Shown: in pieces, positions 59,112-64,000 of the stretch
Layout: each line of letters opens with the position of its first letter
Numbering within the stretch: position 1 is the stretch's first letter
Assembly: GCA_964451855.1 (NCBI GenBank)
Contig: CAYVJT010000001.1
Span: forward strand, 19,796-83,795
DNA: 64,000 nucleotides
From: an uncultured Actinomycetota bacterium
GTDB lineage: Bacteria; Actinomycetota; Nitriliruptoria; Nitriliruptorales; Nitriliruptoraceae
Reading direction: 5' to 3'
Translations under genes and position numbers: made by a program
Notes under the pieces: model-generated
The model's input: only the letters and a program-made list of their open reading frames with translations
Database searches by the model: none
What the model was told of the DNA's origin: nothing

Positions 59112-59677
59112 CTACTCCGGCCTTGTAGGCAGTGCCCACGCGCCGACCAGACCCCAGCGGGTAGCGATACCGACGGTTACTGCCCGGTTCGGGCATGGTT
59201 CCCGTTGGCCACGATCTCGAGGCAGTACGTGGCCGTGCTCACGTCGGTCGACCCGGCCGAAGGATGCAAGGTGCGTTTCGGAGGTCCCAGGAGTCCTTCT
59301 CGCGGCTCACCAGCGGCTGTGTTCGAGGGCGGTGGTGAGCTCTGTCGGCTCGAGTGTCCACACGGAGGGTGGCGGTGCGGTCGGGTGCGCGAGGGTGGTG
59401 CGGCGTCGTGTACGCCGGGGTCGCGGTGTGGCCGTGGTGAGCGCGTTCGTCCATCGCCGCAGGGCCAGCAGGGGTTGGTGGAGGAGGGCGGTGGCCGGCA
59501 CGGGTCGGGTGATGGTCATGATCGGCTGCTCCTAGTCGAGTCAGCCTGAGGGTCCTGACGGTGTGGTCGCCGGCGTGTCGCGCGGGTGAAACGCTGGCGA
59601 AATGGTGCGTGGCATCGTTTCGGGTGGCGGTGCGCTGGTTGTCGTGGTTGGCTGGGTGACGTTTGGTGGTGGTTGGC

Positions 59678-62632
59678 ATGCGGTTCGGGGTCCTGGGTCC
59701 GTTGGAGGTCGTTGCCGACGACGGTGGACGGTGTGATCCGTCGGCTGGTCGGCAGCGTCGGCTGCTGCTCGCACTGCTGGTGGTGCGTGATGGGGCGGTG
59801 GATGTCGATCGGCTCGCGGACATCGTGTGGGGCCAGGACGAGAGGCTGCCGGAGCATCCGGCGGGGGCGGTGCGCACCTACATCGCACGGTTGCGGCGGG
59901 TGTTGGAGCCCGAGGGGGCTGGGGGGGAGCCGTCGGTGTTGGTGGGGGGTCCGGACCGGTTCCGGCTCGTGCTGGACGGTCACGAGTTGGATGCGGCGGC
60001 GTTCGAGGCGGAGCTCGAGCAGGCGACCGCGCTGGTCGACGAGGATGTGCAGGCGGCGTTGGAGGTGGTGGAGCGCGGGTTGGGACGCTGGCGCGGCCGG
60101 CCGCTGGCCGAGGTCGCTGACGAGGGCTGGGCGCAGCCCGACGCGGTCCGGTTGGAGGAGCTGCGGCTGGCCGCACAGGAGCTGCGGGTGCGGTGTCTGC
60201 TGGAGTTGGGCCGTCATGCCGAGGTGCTGGCGGATCTGGAGCGCACGGTGCGTGAGCATCCGCTGCGGGAGCGGCCACACGGGCAACTGATGGTGGCGTT
60301 GCACCGGTGCGGGCGCAGCGGTGAAGCGACCGAGGTGTTCCGGGGTCTGCGGGACCGGTTGGTCGAGGAGTTGGGGCTGGACCCCTCCGCTGAGCTTGCG
60401 CGGATGCACCAGCGGCTGCTGCAGGGGGACGATCCCGAAGGGAGGGCCACGCGGGTGGCGGCGTCGGGGATGTTCAACACGCTGCCCGAGCCGCGCACCC
60501 CGCTGGTCGGCCGCGACGAGCACCTGGCTGGCATCGTGGAGCTGGCGGGCTCGTCGCGGGTGGTGACGCTGACCGGGGTCGGTGGAGTAGGCAAGACCCG
60601 GTTGGCGCTGGCGATCGCGCATCGCATCCGCCAGCACGATGGGCAGGTGGTGTTCGTCGACCTGAGTGTGGTGACCGATGCCAGCGAGGTGGTCGATGCC
60701 GTGTTCGCCGCGCTGCGGCTACCCGCGGCCGCACGCCGCGATCAGCTCGACGGGCTGGTGCGTGTGCTGCGCTCCCAGCCCGTGCTGCTGGTACTGGACA
60801 ACTGCGAGCATGTCCTGGATGCCGTTGCCACCCTCATCGACCGCGTCACCCGCGACTGTCCCGAGCTGACGGTGCTGGCGACCAGCCGGGAGGCGATCGA
60901 CATCGACGGCGAGCACACCTACCACGTGCCCTCGCTGGAACTGGCTGGCGGGGTGCAGCTGTTCACCTCCCGGGCCACGGCAGCAGCAGGGGGCGAGACG
61001 GCAACCGAGGACCGCGACGCCGTGGCGGAGATCTGTCGTCGGCTCGATGGCATCCCGCTGGCGATCGAGCTTGCCGCAGCCCGTACGTCGCATCTCACGC
61101 CGGCCGCGATCGCCGAGCGCCTGGACGACCGGTTCTGGCTGCTCGCTGGCGGCCGTCGGGCGTTGGGTCGCCACCAGACCCTGCAGGCCACCATGGACTG
61201 GAGCTACGACCTCCTCGAGGACCAGGAGCAGGCCGTGCTGCGGGCCGCCGCGGTGTTCGTGGGCGGGTTCGACGCCACGGCGCTGGCGGCCGTGAGCGGC
61301 CGCAGCGATCGCGACATCCTCGATCGTCTCGCGGCACTGGTGCGCAGCTCGCTGGTCGAGGTCGACCACACCGGCGGACAGCCGCGCTACCGGCTGCTGG
61401 AGACCGTCCGGCTCTACGCCCTGGACCGCCTCGCAGAGGCCGGCGAACTCGCCGACCGCCGCCGCGCTCACGCCGAGCACTTCCTCACCCGTGCCCTGAC
61501 CCACCCCCCACGCTTCGACGATCTCCCGGAATGGGGCGTGTCCACCGAGGACGACATCGACCTCGACAGCCACCTGGCTGCGCTCGACTGGTTCGACCGC
61601 CAGGACGCACACGTCGAGGTGGGTCGTCTGGCCGCCCGCATCCCCACGGTGCTGCGCTACACCGCGTTCGTTGACGTTGTCGGCCGCTACCTCGGCCGTC
61701 AGGACGTCGTCGCTGCGCTCGAGGATCCCGACGAGCGTGCGCTTTACCTGACCGCATCGGCGACCAACGCGAGCTACCTGGGACGCTTCCGCGACCAGTT
61801 GACGTTCGGCCAAGCTGCGTGGGAGGCCGCGAGCGACCCGGTGGTGCACGCTGCCGCAACGGTGGTTCTGGCCAACGCCTGCACGGTGTTCGACCCGCGA
61901 CGCGTCCCGGGGCTGGTCGACGATGCCCTGGCGAAGCTGCCCGCATCGGCGCCCTTGCTCCGCCAGGAGCTGCGCGGTCAGCTCCCCCTCGGACTGGTGA
62001 TGGAGGGGCGCCTCGCCGAGGCCGCCGACCTGCTGCAGGAACCGACCCGTGAAGGCGACCGGTTCTGCTTCACCGCTGCGGAGCTCATGCTCGTCCTGCA
62101 CCTGCTCGGCGAACAGCAGCGGGCACTGGCGGTGCCACGACCCAGCGACCTCGACCCCCAGGGCACCCTCTGGGACTACCGGTGGTCGCTCGTACGGGCG
62201 CTCGCCGCCGCCACCGAGTGCAGGTTCGCCGCCGCCAGCCAGCACCTCGCGGACGCGGCCGACCAGATCCGCTCCTCACCGATCCAGCTGCTCGACACCG
62301 ACGTGCTCCTCGGCTACGCCGCGCTCGCCTACCACGCCGGCGACCACCACCGGGCCGCCGAGATCCTCGCCACCTTCCGCGGCGCCACGCGCAGCCCCGC
62401 CAGCCACGCCGTCTACCTCCACTACCGCGAGCTGCTCAAGGCCCGACTGTCCAAGACCGAACGGACCCAGATCCTCGAGCGCGCCGCCGACCTCGACCCC
62501 GCCGACATCCTCGAGCGCGAAGTGAAACGCACCCCACGACCCACCATCCACAGCAAGGCTGACAACCTCGCGGCTACGAGCCTTGACCCGCCCTGGGTTC
62601 GGTGGAGACCCCATCAAACCCAGGGCGGATGA
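59678..62632 (+). CDS. SARP/AfsR-family regulator: OmpR-type wHTH + BTAD + NB-ARC (STAND) ATPase + TPR-like C-terminal region
   Basis: MRFGVLGPLEV..RRLLALLVV; BTAD (WRGRPLAEV..LEELRL.A.E.R..CLLELGRH.E....LE..V.EHPLRE); P-loop LTGVGGVGKTRLA; LLVLDNCEH; GIPLAIELAAA; then a long helical repeat region. Confidence 0.9.
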   Translation: MRFGVLGPLEVVADDGGRCDPSAGRQRRLLLALLVVRDGAVDVDRLADIVWGQDERLPEHPAGAVRTYIARLRRVLEPEGAGGEPSVLVGGPDRFRLVLDGHELDAAAFEAELEQATALVDEDVQAALEVVERGLGRWRGRPLAEVADEGWAQPDAVRLEELRLAAQELRVRCLLELGRHAEVLADLERTVREHPLRERPHGQLMVALHRCGRSGEATEVFRGLRDRLVEELGLDPSAELARMHQRLLQGDDPEGRATRVAASGMFNTLPEPRTPLVGRDEHLAGIVELAGSSRVVTLTGVGGVGKTRLALAIAHRIRQHDGQVVFVDLSVVTDASEVVDAVFAALRLPAAARRDQLDGLVRVLRSQPVLLVLDNCEHVLDAVATLIDRVTRDCPELTVLATSREAIDIDGEHTYHVPSLELAGGVQLFTSRATAAAGGETATEDRDAVAEICRRLDGIPLAIELAAARTSHLTPAAIAERLDDRFWLLAGGRRALGRHQTLQATMDWSYDLLEDQEQAVLRAAAVFVGGFDATALAAVSGRSDRDILDRLAALVRSSLVEVDHTGGQPRYRLLETVRLYALDRLAEAGELADRRRAHAEHFLTRALTHPPRFDDLPEWGVSTEDDIDLDSHLAALDWFDRQDAHVEVGRLAARIPTVLRYTAFVDVVGRYLGRQDVVAALEDPDERALYLTASATNASYLGRFRDQLTFGQAAWEAASDPVVHAAATVVLANACTVFDPRRVPGLVDDALAKLPASAPLLRQELRGQLPLGLVMEGRLAEAADLLQEPTREGDRFCFTAAELMLVLHLLGEQQRALAVPRPSDLDPQGTLWDYRWSLVRALAAATECRFAAASQHLADAADQIRSSPIQLLDTDVLLGYAALAYHAGDHHRAAEILATFRGATRSPASHAVYLHYRELLKARLSKTERTQILERAADLDPADILEREVKRTPRPTIHSKADNLAATSLDPPWVRWRPHQTQGG

Positions 62633-62809
62633 GAAGCTCGTTGATCGCGGCCCGGCCTGTGACGTGGATCCAGAAGTTTGGATGAGCACCGAAACGGATG
62701 CGCTATCAGCGCGTAGTGCGATACCGCGATCCCAGGATCCGTCCGAGGAAGTGCGGAGACCCACGGGGAATGTCAGCTAACCGGCGATGAGCAGCACGGA
62801 GGGAACAAC

Positions 62810-64000
62810 ATGGGACGCGGCTTGTCCACGGACTACCTGGTGGTCGGTAGCGGTGCCGCCGGGATGGCGTTCACGGACGTGTTGCTGGAGCATTCGGATG
62901 CCGAGGTAGTCCTCGTCGATCGCCGGCACGCACCGGGCGGCCACTGGAACGATGCGTACTCGTTCTGCCGACTGCACCAACCGTCGGCGTTCTACGGCGT
63001 GGACTCGCTGCCCCTTGGTCTGGACACGATCGACACCGTCGGTGTCAACCGCGGTGGCTACGAACGTGCGAGTGCTGCCGAGATCTGCGGGTACTTCCAA
63101 CAGGTTCTGGACAGACGCTTCCTGCCCACTGGACGCGTGCGCTACATGCCGATGTCCGAACACGTTGGCGGTGGAAGGATCGTTTCTCGGATCACCGGTG
63201 ACGAGATCGAGGTTTCCATGCGCCGCGGGTACGTCGATGCGCAGTACGTCTCACCGACGATCCCCGCCAGGCGGCCGCCGCCGTTCGAGGTCGCACCTGA
63301 AGCCACGTGTGTGCCGGTCAACGCCTTGGCCCAACTCGAGCAGCCGGGGGCTGGCTATGTCATCGTCGGCGGTGGGAAGACCGCCATGGACGCGATCGTG
63401 TGGCTGCTTGAGCAGGGCACAGACCCCGACGCCATCAGATGGGTGAAGCCACGCGAGGCCTGGCTGACCAACCGCGACTACTTCCAACCGCTTACCAAGG
63501 CCTGGTCGTTCATCGAAGGCGTGTCCTACTGGGCAGAAGCCGGCGCGCAAGCCTCATCCCTCGATGACTTCTTCGCACGGCTGCACGAGCACGAGATCCT
63601 CTTGCAAGTCGACGAGGACGTGATCCCGACGATGGCGAAGGCACCGACGATCAACCGCCGTGAACTCGAGCAACTTCGTCGGGTCGACGATGTGATCCGC
63701 TTCGGGCACGTGCGCCGCATAGCGCGCGACGAGATCGTGTTGGACCACGGCACCGTCTCCACCAGTCGGGATCACGTCCACGTGCACTGCGCGGCGTCCG
63801 GGATCCCCCAGCGGCCGCTGCGGAAGGTCTTCAGCGAGGACCAGATCACGCTTCAGCCGATCCGGTGGAGCCAGCCGGGCCTCAGCGCCGCGGTCACCGG
63901 GTACCTGGAGGCCACGCGCGACGACCTCGACGAGAAGAACCGGCTGTGTCGGCCGCACCGCTACCCGGACCGGCCTGCCGATCTCGCCGAGATGGTCGCC
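62810..64000 (+). CDS. FAD/NAD(P)-binding oxidoreductase (flavin monooxygenase-like), 3' end beyond window; absent from the supplied ORF track
   Basis: Hand translation from ATG 62810 (GGAGGG RBS at 62798-62803) is open for 397 codons to the window edge. It begins MGRGLSTDYLVVGSGAAGMAFTDVLL..VVLVDRRHAPGGHWNDAYSFCRLHQPSAFYG and has a second dinucleotide fold, YVIVGGGKTAMDAIVWLL. Confidence 0.8.
   Translation, partial: MGRGLSTDYLVVGSGAAGMAFTDVLLEHSDAEVVLVDRRHAPGGHWNDAYSFCRLHQPSAFYGVDSLPLGLDTIDTVGVNRGGYERASAAEICGYFQQVLDRRFLPTGRVRYMPMSEHVGGGRIVSRITGDEIEVSMRRGYVDAQYVSPTIPARRPPPFEVAPEATCVPVNALAQLEQPGAGYVIVGGGKTAMDAIVWLLEQGTDPDAIRWVKPREAWLTNRDYFQPLTKAWSFIEGVSYWAEAGAQASSLDDFFARLHEHEILLQVDEDVIPTMAKAPTINRRELEQLRRVDDVIRFGHVRRIARDEIVLDHGTVSTSRDHVHVHCAASGIPQRPLRKVFSEDQITLQPIRWSQPGLSAAVTGYLEATRDDLDEKNRLCRPHRYPDRPADLAEMVA

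Noticed and set aside
59678-62632. Considered whether the NB-ARC/TPR STAND protein is an Avs-like antiphage sensor rather than a transcription factor.
   Set aside because: Its N-terminus is a standard OmpR-type wHTH plus BTAD (SARP) module, not a nuclease, protease or other effector domain. This is the common AfsR-like regulator architecture of actinomycetes.

Overview
The window is a very GC-rich chromosomal segment (about 70% G+C by eye, not computed). Its gene content and synteny are actinobacterial. Most of it is housekeeping.

Gene content, in order:
- **Conserved backbone:** mfd (5'-truncated by the window edge), then mazG-eno-ftsB/divIC-DUF501-ppx.
- **Block between mfd and mazG (about 11 kb):** transporter and stress genes, namely two MFS pumps, xthA, azlCD, a divergent znuC / znuA-znuB zinc-uptake cluster with a Fur-family (Zur-like) regulator, and a parvulin lipoprotein.
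- **Next:** an MFS/ArsR divergent pair, a Nudix-YjeF_N fusion gene, tRNA-Leu(UAA) and ggt.
- **Sugar locus:** malEFG-like sugar ABC operon (no ATPase gene), LacI regulator and a GH15 hydrolase.
- **Central metabolism:** an NlpC/P60 endopeptidase, purN-purH-folD, mdh, trpS, gdh, sdhCAB, a B12-domain-less methylmalonyl-CoA mutase catalytic subunit, ppk2, an lpdA-like flavoprotein, accA, pccB-accE, birA and an acyl-CoA dehydrogenase.
- **Last ~8 kb (about 55.9-64 kb):** this stretch looks accessory or decaying. It holds a frameshifted MalK/MsiK-type ATPase pseudogene, a tiny poly-acidic lipoprotein, two proteins of unknown function, a large SARP-family BTAD/NB-ARC/TPR regulator, and a flavin oxidoreductase gene that runs off the window end and is absent from the ORF track.

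I found no CRISPR array, transposase, integrase, prophage or recognisable defence or toxin-antitoxin module. I cannot point to a clear multi-gene novel system.

The most unusual items are:
- five 15-16 bp direct repeats abutting the ribosome-binding site of the parvulin gene;
- a long structured leader upstream of the NlpC/P60 gene, a possible degenerate c-di-AMP/ydaO-type riboswitch;
- the CoA-type Nudix / NAD(P)HX-epimerase-like fusion;
- GC-rich GGAAC/GTTCC palindromes where Zur boxes would be expected;
- the SARP-regulator neighbourhood at the window end.

All functional calls come from reading the translated ORFs by eye. No database search was run.
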